A DNA stretch of 64,000 nt, from contig CAZRCT010000009.1 of the NCBI GenBank assembly GCA_964598655.1, forward strand, positions 1,652 through 65,651. Direction: 5' to 3'. How positions within the stretch are numbered: position 1 is the stretch's first letter; every line of letters begins with the position of its first letter. This document shows positions 26,247 to 34,527 of this stretch, piece after piece. The DNA is from an uncultured Gemmatimonadaceae bacterium (GTDB lineage: Bacteria; Gemmatimonadota; Gemmatimonadetes; Gemmatimonadales; GWC2-71-9). The notes under the pieces are model-generated. The model saw nothing but the letters and a program-made list of their open reading frames with translations, had not been told where the DNA came from and made no database searches. The translations under genes were made by a program, and so were the position numbers.

Positions 26247-28564
26247 TCGCCGTCCCGCGAACCGAGCATCTCGGCCGCCGCGCGCCGCACCACCGGGTCG
26301 CTGGAGCGGAGCGCTCCCACCAGCGCCTCGAGCGCGCTCCGGTCCCGGATCTCGCCGAGCGAGGAGACCGCCCGCTCGCGCACGTCGGCGTCGGCGTCGG
26401 CGAGCAGCGTCTTGAGGGTGGGCACGCCCCGGGCGTCACCGATCTCGCCGAGCGCCTGGGCCACCGCCTCACGGACGTCGGACGACCGGTCCTTCGACGC
26501 CTCGAGCAGCGCCGCCGGCGCCTCCTTGAGGCCCGCCTCCGCCAGCGCCATCGCCGCCTGCGCCCGGACATCGGCGTCGCGGTCGGCCAGGAGCCGGGTG
26601 AAGAGCGCCACGAACCGCGGATCCGCGGGCGACTCCTCCTCACCGTCCCGGTGCAGCCGGCTCAGGGCCAGTCCTAGGGCGGCCTGTCGCATCTCGTCAT
26701 CGGCATCGCCCAGGGCCGCCACGATCGCTTCCACCGGCACCTCGGCCTCGATGCCCTGCAGGGCGTAGAGCGCGGCGCGGCGGACCTCCACGTTGCCGTC
26801 CTTGAGGAGCGCCACCAGCGGCGCCCCCGCACGCTTGTCCTCGAGCTGCCCCAGCGCCATCGCCGACGTGGCCCGCACCTCGGCATCGCTGTCCTTGAGC
26901 GCGTCAATGAGCGCGGGCACCGCACGCGGGTCCTCGTGGTTGGCCAGCGCCTGCGCGGCGGCACGACGCACCTGCACGTCGGAGTCCTTGAGTGCGGCCA
27001 TCAGCGCGGGCACCGCGATGCCCGAGGTGTCCCGCTGCCGTTCCCCGCCGAACGCAACGGCCATCGGCGCGCGGAGGCGGGTCATCGCCCGCACCTCGGC
27101 CAGCTGGGCGCGCGCATCGGCCATGGCCATCGCGCGCGGGGCCAGGGCGGGCATCGGGGCGGACGGCGCCATCGGCGCCTCGGGCGCCGCCGGCGCGAGT
27201 GCCGGGCGGCCGAAGCTGCGGGCCATCGATTGCGCCAGCCGCCGCTCGCGGAGCGCCATGCTGCGGGCCCGCCGCTCCAGGGACTGCAGCGACCGCCGGG
27301 CCGTGGTGTCGTCGGTGTCGGCCTGCGCCTCGATCTCGGCGAGCATGGCGTCGGTCTCCGCCTCACTGAGCGGCGCGTCCCCGCTCGCCGCGGCGCCCGG
27401 CGCCGGCCGGGGCGAGGGCGTGGCCGCGGTGATGCCGGGCGCCGCCACGGCGGTGACGCCGACCAGCGCCACGGCGCCGGCCAGGAACCAGAAGGAACGG
27501 GGCGAAGCGGGCATGGGACGACCCTCCAGCAGACGGTGGACGCGCGAGACGAGTTGGGATGGCCGCGCCGCCATCCCGGCGAGCGGCACGGTGGCGGGCC
27601 GGGTGTCGACCCATTCGGCGACCTTCACGAGGCAGCGCGCCAGCGAGAAGCCGGAACCGGTGCGGGTCACCGCCCAGTCGTCGCAGAGGTATTCCGCCGC
27701 TTCCTGCAGCTCGCGGCGGGCCAGCAGGTTGAGCGGCTGGACGAAGAAGAGGCGCTCCAGGAGGCATGCCAGCGTGAGCCAGGCCGGGTCGCGGCGAACC
27801 AGGTGCGCGAGTTCGTGCGCCAGCAGGCCTTCCTGCTGCTCCGTGTCGAGCTCCAGCAGCGCCGCCTCCGGCAGCACGATCTCATCCGCGCCGAGCGCGA
27901 TGGGGCTGCCGAGACCGGGGGCCGCCGTGAGGCGGATGGCGCGGCGGACCCCGCCCCGCTCGCGGAGCCGCGCGAGCAGCGTGAGGAGCGCGACGTCCTC
28001 CACGGCCCGGCGCGGCCCGATCCGCCGGAGCGCCCGTCCGCGCTGGATGCCGTAGAGGAGCACCAGCAGCCCGCCGCCCACCAGCCAGGCCAGGGCGCCC
28101 GCCCTCACCAGGTCGAGCGCCGACCAGCCGGCGGGCGCCATCACGGAGGTGGCCTGGGTCGGCGCCGTCGTCGGGGCGGGTGACCCGATGGACCGCGGTG
28201 CCGCGTCCGCCATCGGCGGGGCGGCGGGTCCGTCGCCGGACTGCGGCGCTTCCGCCGTGGCCCGCTCGCCGAGCAACCCGGTCCACGCCTCCGGCTCGGC
28301 CCGGACCGCGGCCATGGAACTGACGGTCGATGAAGGGAGCGGGGGCAGCGGCAGCGACCAGCCGAGCGATCCGCCGACCAGCGCCACCTGCGCCGAGGCC
28401 GACGCCAGCCCGCCCACCAGCGCCACCTTCCAAAGCACCTCCCGGCTCGCGGCGGCGAGGGCGCCGCGCCGGGTGGCGAGCCAGGCGCCCCCGAGGAGCA
28501 GCGTGCTGTGGAGCAGGTAGGTCAGCAGCCAGCCCCCGAGGGCCGGTACCCAGCTAGCGGTCAT
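26243..28564 (-). CDS. BlaR1/MecR1-family M56 peptidase signal transducer with C-terminal HEAT-repeat array
   Basis: N-terminal TM helices and HExxH as LLAHELAHLVRRDPAWL. After a further TM helix come an Ala/Pro-rich linker and about 8 HEAT-like repeats (DSDVQVRRAAAQALA etc.). No penicillin-binding-type sensor domain is recognisable. Confidence 0.8.
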   Translation of the reverse strand: MTASWVPALGGWLLTYLLHSTLLLGGAWLATRRGALAAASREVLWKVALVGGLASASAQVALVGGSLGWSLPLPPLPSSTVSSMAAVRAEPEAWTGLLGERATAEAPQSGDGPAAPPMADAAPRSIGSPAPTTAPTQATSVMAPAGWSALDLVRAGALAWLVGGGLLVLLYGIQRGRALRRIGPRRAVEDVALLTLLARLRERGGVRRAIRLTAAPGLGSPIALGADEIVLPEAALLELDTEQQEGLLAHELAHLVRRDPAWLTLACLLERLFFVQPLNLLARRELQEAAEYLCDDWAVTRTGSGFSLARCLVKVAEWVDTRPATVPLAGMAARPSQLVSRVHRLLEGRPMPASPRSFWFLAGAVALVGVTAVAAPGITAATPSPRPAPGAAASGDAPLSEAETDAMLAEIEAQADTDDTTARRSLQSLERRARSMALRERRLAQSMARSFGRPALAPAAPEAPMAPSAPMPALAPRAMAMADARAQLAEVRAMTRLRAPMAVAFGGERQRDTSGIAVPALMAALKDSDVQVRRAAAQALANHEDPRAVPALIDALKDSDAEVRATSAMALGQLEDKRAGAPLVALLKDGNVEVRRAALYALQGIEAEVPVEAIVAALGDADDEMRQAALGLALSRLHRDGEEESPADPRFVALFTRLLADRDADVRAQAAMALAEAGLKEAPAALLEASKDRSSDVREAVAQALGEIGDARGVPTLKTLLADADADVRERAVSSLGEIRDRSALEALVGALRSSDPVVRRAAAEMLGSRDGE

Positions 28565-28970
28565 GGGAGCCCTCCTTGGGCAGGCGCGCGTGGGCGTCGA
28601 GCAGCGCCTTGAGGCGATCCACGTCGCCCGGGCTGATCTCGCGGCCGGTGAGCAAGTGGGAGACGAGCGCGGTGACGTCGCCGTCGAAGAGCTGCGCGGT
28701 CAGCTCCTGCACCATGGAGCGCCGCACCTCGGGCTCCGTCACCAGCGCGCGGTACACGTACTGCCGCGCCCGCACGTCATGGGCGACGATCCCGCGCTTC
28801 TCGAGCCGGGACAGCAGGGTGGCCACCGTGGTGAGGGCGAGGCCCCGCTCCGGGCGGAGGACCTCGCAGATCTCCGCCACCGTGGCCTGGCCCCGGTCCC
28901 ACAGCACCCGGAGCAGCGCGATCTGGAGTTCAGTCAGCTGGTGGACGTCGTCCGACACGGGGCGCTCCAA
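28554..28970 (-). CDS. BlaI/MecI/CopY family winged-helix repressor
   Basis: LTELQIALLRVLWDRGQATVAEICEVL...TTVATLLSRLEKRGIV. TTG start at 28970 (GTG 28958 is an alternative). 11-nt overlap with the blaR1-like start. Confidence 0.85.
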   Translation of the reverse strand: MERPVSDDVHQLTELQIALLRVLWDRGQATVAEICEVLRPERGLALTTVATLLSRLEKRGIVAHDVRARQYVYRALVTEPEVRRSMVQELTAQLFDGDVTALVSHLLTGREISPGDVDRLKALLDAHARLPKEGSHDR

Positions 28971-28994
28971 TGTTCGGGGGGGCTCGCTCTGAAC

Positions 28995-29031
28995 TACACT
29001 TGTAATATTACGCGCGTAGTGGTTTCGTCAA
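28995..29031 (-). promoter_or_regulatory. blaI-operon promoter (TTGACG-N15-TAATAT) abutting a TACAnnTGTA BlaI/MecI/CopY-type box
   Basis: The minus strand reads cTTGACGaaaccactacgcgcgTAATATTACAAGTGTAgttcag. The box is at 28995-29004 and directly abuts the -10. Confidence 0.7.
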
Positions 29032-29048
29032 GACGGCACCTGGTACCC

Positions 29049-29072
29049 TCCGGTTTCAGGGTGGGACTCCGG
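29049..29072. repeat. Copy 2 of the short intergenic repeat with core GTTTCAGGGTGGGACT
   Basis: See copy 1. This copy lies between the blaI promoter and the hotdog-gene promoter. Confidence 0.6.
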
Positions 29073-29131
29073 TGCCGCCCGCCCCGGTTCCCGACGCCCC
29101 CCTACCAGTCGATAGGGGACTACAAACTTCG

Positions 29132-29161
29132 TTGTGGCCCGGAGTGCGGACCGGGCATATT
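29132..29161 (+). promoter_or_regulatory. TTGTGG-N18-CATATT promoter ending 5 nt before ATG 29167; leaderless candidate
   Basis: Read directly from the plus strand. Confidence 0.5.
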
Positions 29162-29166
29162 CCGTC

Positions 29167-29649
29167 ATGCCTCCCCGTGCTGATGCCCCGGGCGCCCGCC
29201 TGCGCCAGCTCTGGTCCCGCCTGGCGCCGCTCCCTGGCGGGCGCTGGCTCTTCACCCAGCTCCTCGGCCTGATGGTGCCCTACACCGGCGCGCTGGGGGC
29301 GCGGGTGGAGGCGCTGGACCCGGGCCACGCCGTCGTCACCCTTCGCGAGCGACGGGGGGTTCGCAATCACCTCCGCTCGGTCCACGCCGTGGCCCTCGCC
29401 AACCTGGGCGAGGTGACGAGCGGCCTCGCCATGCTCGTGGGGCTGCCGGGCGACGTGCGCGGGATCGTGACCACGCTCAGCATCGAGTACCGGAAGAAGG
29501 CGCGCGGCCGGCTCACCGCGGAGAGCCGGGTGAGCCTGCCCACCGTGACCGAGCCGACCGAGTACCCGGTCACGGCCGAGATCCGCGACGAGGCCAACGA
29601 GGTGGTGGCGGTGCTCACGGCGCACTGGCGCCTCGAGCGGCTGGCATGA
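29167..29649 (+). CDS. Hotdog-fold protein (DUF4442 / YiiD C-terminal-like)
   Basis: ORF 29134..29649. ATG 29167 is preferred because TTGTGG-N18-CATATT ends 5 nt upstream of it. Sequence: [23 protein letters not shown]...[10 protein letters not shown]. Confidence 0.65.
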   Translation: MPPRADAPGARLRQLWSRLAPLPGGRWLFTQLLGLMVPYTGALGARVEALDPGHAVVTLRERRGVRNHLRSVHAVALANLGEVTSGLAMLVGLPGDVRGIVTTLSIEYRKKARGRLTAESRVSLPTVTEPTEYPVTAEIRDEANEVVAVLTAHWRLERLA

Positions 29650-30623
29650 TCGACACCCCGCTCACCCGCCACGCCGGCATCACGGTGCCGCTCCTCTGTG
29701 GCGCCATGTATCCCTGCAGCAACCCCGAGCTGGTCGCGGCGGTCTCGGAGGCCGGCGGCCTCGGCATCGTGCAGCCCATCTCGCTCACCTACGTGCACGG
29801 GCACGAGTTCCGCGCGGGGCTCCGCCTCATCCGCCAACTCACGTCGCGGCCCATCGGGATGAACGCCCTCATCGAGCAGTCATCGAAGGCCTACCACGAG
29901 CGGATGGTGCGCTGGATCGACGTGGCGATGGAGGAGGGCGTGCGCTTCTTCGTCACCTCCCTCGGGAATCCGCGTTGGGTGGTGGACCGGGTGCGGGCCG
30001 TGGGCGGCGTGGTGTACCACGACGTGACCGAGCGCCGCTGGGCCGAGAAGGGGCTCGAGGGCGGCGTGCAGGGGCTCATCGCGGTGAACCGGCGGGCCGG
30101 CGGCCACGCGGGGACGAAGTCGGCCGAGGAGCTGCTGGCCGAGTTAGGCGGGCTCGGGGTGCCGGTGGTGGCGGCGGGGGGGATCGGGGACGCGGCGGGG
30201 TTCGCGGCGATCCTCCGGATGGGCTACGCCGGCGCCCAACTCGGCACCCGGTTCATCGCCACGCCCGAGTGCCGCGCCAGCGACTCCTACAAGCAGGCCA
30301 TCCTGGCCGCCGGCGAGGACGACATCGTGCTCACCGAGCGGGTCACCGGCGTGCCGGTGGCGGTGCTCCGCACCCCGTACATCGAGCGCATGGGCCTCAC
30401 GGCCGGCCCGGTGGCGCGCTGGATGCTCCGCCACCGGCGGACGAAGCACCTGATGCGCACCATCTACGCGCTCCGCTCCCTCTGGCAGCTCAAGCGCGGC
30501 CTGCTCCGGGAGTCCACCACCGGCGGGGACGACTACTGGCAGGCGGGCAAGAGCGTTGCCACCATCACGCGCCTCCAGCCGGCGGGCGACATCGTGCGGG
30601 AGTTCGCCGCGGCCGTCGGCTGA
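29646..30623 (+). CDS. Nitronate monooxygenase / 2-nitropropane dioxygenase family (FabK-like)
   Basis: 4-nt overlap with the upstream gene. Motifs: [33 protein letters not shown] and [12 protein letters not shown]. Confidence 0.85.
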   Translation: MIDTPLTRHAGITVPLLCGAMYPCSNPELVAAVSEAGGLGIVQPISLTYVHGHEFRAGLRLIRQLTSRPIGMNALIEQSSKAYHERMVRWIDVAMEEGVRFFVTSLGNPRWVVDRVRAVGGVVYHDVTERRWAEKGLEGGVQGLIAVNRRAGGHAGTKSAEELLAELGGLGVPVVAAGGIGDAAGFAAILRMGYAGAQLGTRFIATPECRASDSYKQAILAAGEDDIVLTERVTGVPVAVLRTPYIERMGLTAGPVARWMLRHRRTKHLMRTIYALRSLWQLKRGLLRESTTGGDDYWQAGKSVATITRLQPAGDIVREFAAAVG

Positions 30624-30728
30624 ACGCGGCGCGGCGCCGCCGACGCATGGGGTGCGGGGGCGGGCGCAGGTGAGGCTCGGCCCGGAGGTCGCACCGGGCG
30701 CGGGGCGATCCTGCACCCCTGCGGTGAG

Positions 30729-31874
30729 TCACACCGGCGCCCGACCCACGATCCGCTCCCAGCCGGCCGGATCGGTGGCCCCTTCGGTGGAGAGCAGCAG
30801 CACGTGCGCGCCATCGAGACGGAGGTCCGCGCGGGCGCGGCCGGCGCTCCCACCCTCACACAATTCGAGCAGGCCCGCGAGCCCCGCGGCGCCGGACTCG
30901 CCACTGGTGATGCCCTCGGCGGCGAGCAGCCGCAGGGCGATGCGCGCCTGTTCGTCGTCCACGGCCACGAACGCGTCCATGCCGTCCCGCAGGGCCGGCC
31001 AGGCGGCGGAGGACGGGGCGCCGCAGTTGAGGCCGGCCATGATGGACGCGTCGGCGCCCACCTCGAGCAGCACCGGCTGGCCCGCCTCGATGGAGCGGAG
31101 CGCGCACGCCGCCCCCGTCGGCTCCACGCCCACCAGGCGCAGCGCGGCGGCGTACGGCGCCCGGCGGAAGTGGGCCACCACCGCACTCGCCAGCGTGCCC
31201 ACGCCCACCTGCACCAGGACCACGTCCGGCGCCGGGATCCCGTCGCGCGCCCGGGCGTCGGCCACCTCGGTGAAGATGGTCTCGTAGCCCTCGGCGACGA
31301 GGGCCGGGATCTCCTCGTAGCCGGGCCACCCATGGTCCTGGATCAGGAGCACGTCGTCGCCGGACACGCCGGCGGCCGCGGCCACCGTGGCATCGTAGGT
31401 CCCCTCCACCACCACCACCCGGGCGCCCTCGCTCTCGATGCCCGCGATCCGGGCCGCCGCCGTGCCCACCGGCACGTACACCTCCGCGCCGAAACCCAGC
31501 CAGCGCGCCACCCGGGCCACCCCCCGACCATGGTTCCCGTCGGTGGCCGTGACCAGCCGGAGGCGGCTCCCCGTCAGGCGGCGGCGCAGGTCCGCGAGGT
31601 CGGACCATCCCCGCACCGCCGGCCACCGCTCCTCGAGCACCCGGACCGTCGCCCAGGCGGCCCCCAGCACCTTGTAGGCTGGGAGTCCGAGGCGGTTGGA
31701 CTCGTCCTTCAGGTGCAGGCTGGCCAGGCCAAGGCGCGCGGCGAGGCCAGGCAGGGAGCGCAGCGGCGTCGGGGCGTAGCCGGGCAGATGCCGGTGCACC
31801 CGGAGGGGGTCCGCCGCCGCGCGGGCCTCGCGGTAGGCGCGCTGCCGGTGCGGGTTCTTGAGATAGAGGGCCAT
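30729..31874 (-). CDS. Diaminopropionate ammonia-lyase-like PLP enzyme (fold type II)
   Basis: ORF 30729..31952; start chosen at ATG 31874 (MALYLKNPH). Motifs: LHLKDESNRLGLPAYKVLGA (PLP lysine region) and TATDGNHGRGVA. Confidence 0.7.
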   Translation of the reverse strand: MALYLKNPHRQRAYREARAAADPLRVHRHLPGYAPTPLRSLPGLAARLGLASLHLKDESNRLGLPAYKVLGAAWATVRVLEERWPAVRGWSDLADLRRRLTGSRLRLVTATDGNHGRGVARVARWLGFGAEVYVPVGTAAARIAGIESEGARVVVVEGTYDATVAAAAGVSGDDVLLIQDHGWPGYEEIPALVAEGYETIFTEVADARARDGIPAPDVVLVQVGVGTLASAVVAHFRRAPYAAALRLVGVEPTGAACALRSIEAGQPVLLEVGADASIMAGLNCGAPSSAAWPALRDGMDAFVAVDDEQARIALRLLAAEGITSGESGAAGLAGLLELCEGGSAGRARADLRLDGAHVLLLSTEGATDPAGWERIVGRAPV

Positions 31875-31939
31875 GGCCGAAAATGAAGTGAGAGCACGAC
31901 TTGGGCGAGGGGGCCGGTGGCAGAACTCCGGCCGCCATG

Positions 31940-31960
31940 AAGAATGCCGCAAGCATTCTT
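31940..31960. promoter_or_regulatory. Perfect palindrome AAGAATGC-cgcaa-GCATTCTT in the divergent DAP-lyase / Pro-Ala-protein region (candidate operator)
   Basis: 8-bp arms with a 5-nt spacer, followed by tandem GGTCACC GGTCACC (31969-31982). Confidence 0.5.
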
Positions 31961-32093
31961 GCCACAGTGGTCACCGGTCACCGACCTAAGCAGTTGGCAA
32001 TTTTACACTTAGCGCAAAGGCCCAAGTGTTGCTCTTCTAGCCGGGGAGCTAGAGGATCCAGCGGCGGTGACCTACGGGTTGGAGGCGGACACC

Positions 32094-34340
32094 ATGTATC
32101 GGATTCGATCCACGGACGGACTCGAGGCAGAATACGGCTCCCTTGAGGAGTTCTCGGCGGCCGTGCGCCGCGGCGAGGTGACGCCGGACGCCGAGATCTT
32201 CCACGTCCGGGCCAATCGCTGGCTCGACATCAAGAGCCATCCGCACTACCGCCTGGCCTGCAGCGCCCCGAGCGCGGCCAGCGCCGCCCCGGCCGCCGTG
32301 GCCACGCCGCCCGTGCCGGTGGTGCCGCGCGCCGCCGCGCCCCAGCCGCGTCCGCAGCAGACCACCGTCCGCCCGCACCTGCAGCCGGAGCAGCCGCATG
32401 CAAGCGCCCCGGCCGCACCGCCCAAGAAGAGCAACGAACTGCTGTTCCTCGACGTCCCGGGCGTGAAGTCGCCGGCGGCCCCGCAGAAGGCCACCATCAT
32501 CCAGGCCCAGCGGCCGCCGGAGCCCAAGCCGGCGTCCCCGCCGCCGCTCAAGATGGAGGCGGCCGACCAGTTCCTCGTCATGGACACCGGGCTCGAGTCG
32601 CCGGTGCGTACCTCGAAGGGCGTCCGGATCATCCAGGACGACCTCGACATGCTCTTCGACCAGCCGGCGCCCGAGGGCGCCGCGCCTCCACCGAACGTGG
32701 TGACGCCGGTCAAGCCGCTCAACCTGTCCCCGGCTCTGGCACCAGCGGAGGCGACGCCGCCCGCACCGGCCCCGGCGCCTGAGCCGCCGAAGCCGGTCGC
32801 CGAGCGCCCCGCCGCGCCGCGCCCCGAAGCTCCCGCGGCCAAGGTCGCGCCTGAGACGCACGCCCGATCCGCCACCGTGGTGGGCCGGATCCCCGTAGCC
32901 GAGCCGCCGAAGGCAGCGGCGGCCCCGGCCCCTGCGGCGCCCGCGCCCAAGCCGGTCGAGCCCGCCCGGCCCGTGGTGGACAAGCAGCCAGCCTCCGCCC
33001 CCGCCCCCGCCCCCGCCCCCGCCGCATCGGCGCCCGTCAGGCCGGTGGAGCCCAAGGCCGCGCCCGCGACCGACGCGAAGGCCCCCCACGCCCCGGCTGA
33101 GGCGCACCCCGAGGCAGCGAAGCCGGCGGCGGTGGTGGCTCCGAAGGTGGAGCCGGCCGCACGGGTGGACGCGGCGCCGAGCCCCGCGCCCGCCCCGAAG
33201 CCGACGCCTGTGCCGGCGGCGAAGGCGCCGGAGCCGGCCCCGCATGCTGAGGCGCCGGGCGCCGCGCTCGACCTCGCAACCGCCCCGCACGAGCCGGTGC
33301 CCGCCCGGGCACCCGCGGTGGAGCCGGCGCGGGCGTCCCGGATGCCGCTCATCGCCGCCGGCGTCGTGGCGGTGCTGGCCACCGGCGCGCTGCTGGTCTG
33401 GAAGCCGTGGGCCGCGCCGGCGGCACCGGCCACTGACGTCGCGTCGCTCGGGGCAACGCTGCCGCCCGGTGGCGAGGCCCCGGCTGCGGCGCCCGCCCCG
33501 ACCCACGTGGTGCCCGGCGCCAACGCACCGTCCTTCGGCGCCAACGCCCCCCCGGTGCCGGGGCCGAAGCCCGCGCCGAGTCAGGCAGCCACGCCCGCGC
33601 CGGTGCAGCCGGCCCCGGCGGCCGCCGCCGTCCCCGTCAAGGACAGCGCCAAGGACGAGGAGATCATTGCCGTGGCCAAGCCGGTCCTGGCCCCGGTGAG
33701 CCTCAACGCCCCCACCCTGGACCTGGGGACGGCGCCCGGCGGCTCCACGGTCGCGGCCCCCAGCGCCGTGGCACCGAGTGCGCTCGCCCGCAACATCGCG
33801 GCGGCGGAGCGGACCGCCCAGCAGGACCTCGCCGCGCGCCTGGGCAGTGCCGGCTTCCGCGGCGTGCTGATCCCGGCCCGCCTCGGCACCGCCGAGGGCG
33901 TGGCGCAGGCCAAGGCCAGCTGGTCCCAGGGGGCCGAAGCGCTCCGGCAGTATCGCGCCCGGATCGGGCGGATCGAGAAGGCGTACGAGGACAGCGCGCT
34001 CGCCTCACAACGGGCCGAGCGCTGGCCCGCGAGCGAGCTCCGCGCCTGGGCCGCGCACCCGAGCGTGGCCGAGCCGGGCGAGACCTCGCAGGTGGCGGAC
34101 TTGATGGTGAGCCAGGTGAGTGAGGCGCTCGACCTCCTCGCCGGCGCCGCGGGCCAGTACGAGATCCGCAATGGCGCCATCAGCTTCCGCTCCCCGGCCA
34201 CCGCCGTGCGCTATACCGCCATCCGCACGTGGGTGGAGCAGAAGACCGCCAACTGGAACGCCACCCCCGAGGGGGCGCGCCCCTACACGATCTCCGCGCT
34301 GCTGCGCGCCCTGGGCGACGGCCTCCCGCCGGCGCGCTGA
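32094..34340 (+). CDS. Pro/Ala-rich single-pass membrane protein with GYF_2-like N-terminal domain
   Basis: ATG 32094 is preceded by GGAGG (32081-32085). N-terminus: MYRIRSTDGLEAEYGSLEEFSAAVRRGEVTPDAEIFHVRANRWLDIKSHPHY. About 330 aa are P/A-rich, with a TM helix (MPLIAAGVVAVLATGALLVW) and a C-terminal globular region of about 230 aa. Confidence 0.6.
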   Translation: MYRIRSTDGLEAEYGSLEEFSAAVRRGEVTPDAEIFHVRANRWLDIKSHPHYRLACSAPSAASAAPAAVATPPVPVVPRAAAPQPRPQQTTVRPHLQPEQPHASAPAAPPKKSNELLFLDVPGVKSPAAPQKATIIQAQRPPEPKPASPPPLKMEAADQFLVMDTGLESPVRTSKGVRIIQDDLDMLFDQPAPEGAAPPPNVVTPVKPLNLSPALAPAEATPPAPAPAPEPPKPVAERPAAPRPEAPAAKVAPETHARSATVVGRIPVAEPPKAAAAPAPAAPAPKPVEPARPVVDKQPASAPAPAPAPAASAPVRPVEPKAAPATDAKAPHAPAEAHPEAAKPAAVVAPKVEPAARVDAAPSPAPAPKPTPVPAAKAPEPAPHAEAPGAALDLATAPHEPVPARAPAVEPARASRMPLIAAGVVAVLATGALLVWKPWAAPAAPATDVASLGATLPPGGEAPAAAPAPTHVVPGANAPSFGANAPPVPGPKPAPSQAATPAPVQPAPAAAAVPVKDSAKDEEIIAVAKPVLAPVSLNAPTLDLGTAPGGSTVAAPSAVAPSALARNIAAAERTAQQDLAARLGSAGFRGVLIPARLGTAEGVAQAKASWSQGAEALRQYRARIGRIEKAYEDSALASQRAERWPASELRAWAAHPSVAEPGETSQVADLMVSQVSEALDLLAGAAGQYEIRNGAISFRSPATAVRYTAIRTWVEQKTANWNATPEGARPYTISALLRALGDGLPPAR
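32995..33018 (+). repeat. (CCGCCC)x4 hexanucleotide microsatellite inside a coding region (encodes PAPAPAPA)
   Basis: Four perfect units, followed by CCGCCG. Confidence 0.8.
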
Positions 34341-34357
34341 TCCCCCGCACCACGCGT

Positions 34358-34398
34358 GACGGCGGCCCGGGCTCCCGCGCCCGGGCCGCCGTCGTTTT
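34358..34398 (+). terminator. Canonical intrinsic terminator after the Pro/Ala-rich protein gene
   Basis: GACGGCGGCCCGGGC-tcccgc-GCCCGGGCCGCCGTC followed directly by GTTTT. Confidence 0.8.
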
Positions 34399-34430
34399 CC
34401 ACAGCTTTCCACGCCGTCCACAGAGTCCAC
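34398..34430 (+). repeat. Four phased TCCAC direct repeats
   Basis: TCCAC occurs at 34398, 34408, 34417 and 34426 (spacing 10, 9, 9), in the extended form KTCCACRN. Confidence 0.7.
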
Positions 34431-34440
34431 ATCGGGGGGC

Positions 34441-34492
34441 CGTCAAGCCGCGGCGCGACCTGCTTGACGAAACCACCCACGCGGCGGACCTT
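34441..34492 (+). promoter_or_regulatory. Receiver-gene promoter candidate TTGACG-N17-GACCTT inside a CGTCAAG-N15-CTTGACG dyad
   Basis: CGTCAAG is at 34441-34447, CTTGACG at 34463-34469 and GACCTT at 34487-34492. The gene start is GTG 34528. Confidence 0.45.
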
Positions 34493-34527
34493 AGGCGCTC
34501 TTCTCCCCCACCTACCCCGCTGATCCT

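Noticed and set aside
31994-32010. TTGGCAATTTTACACTT as a sigma-54 (-24/-12) promoter.
   Set aside because: TGGCA is present, but the -12 element (TTGC at the correct 5-nt spacing) is missing. No enhancer-binding protein gene is nearby.
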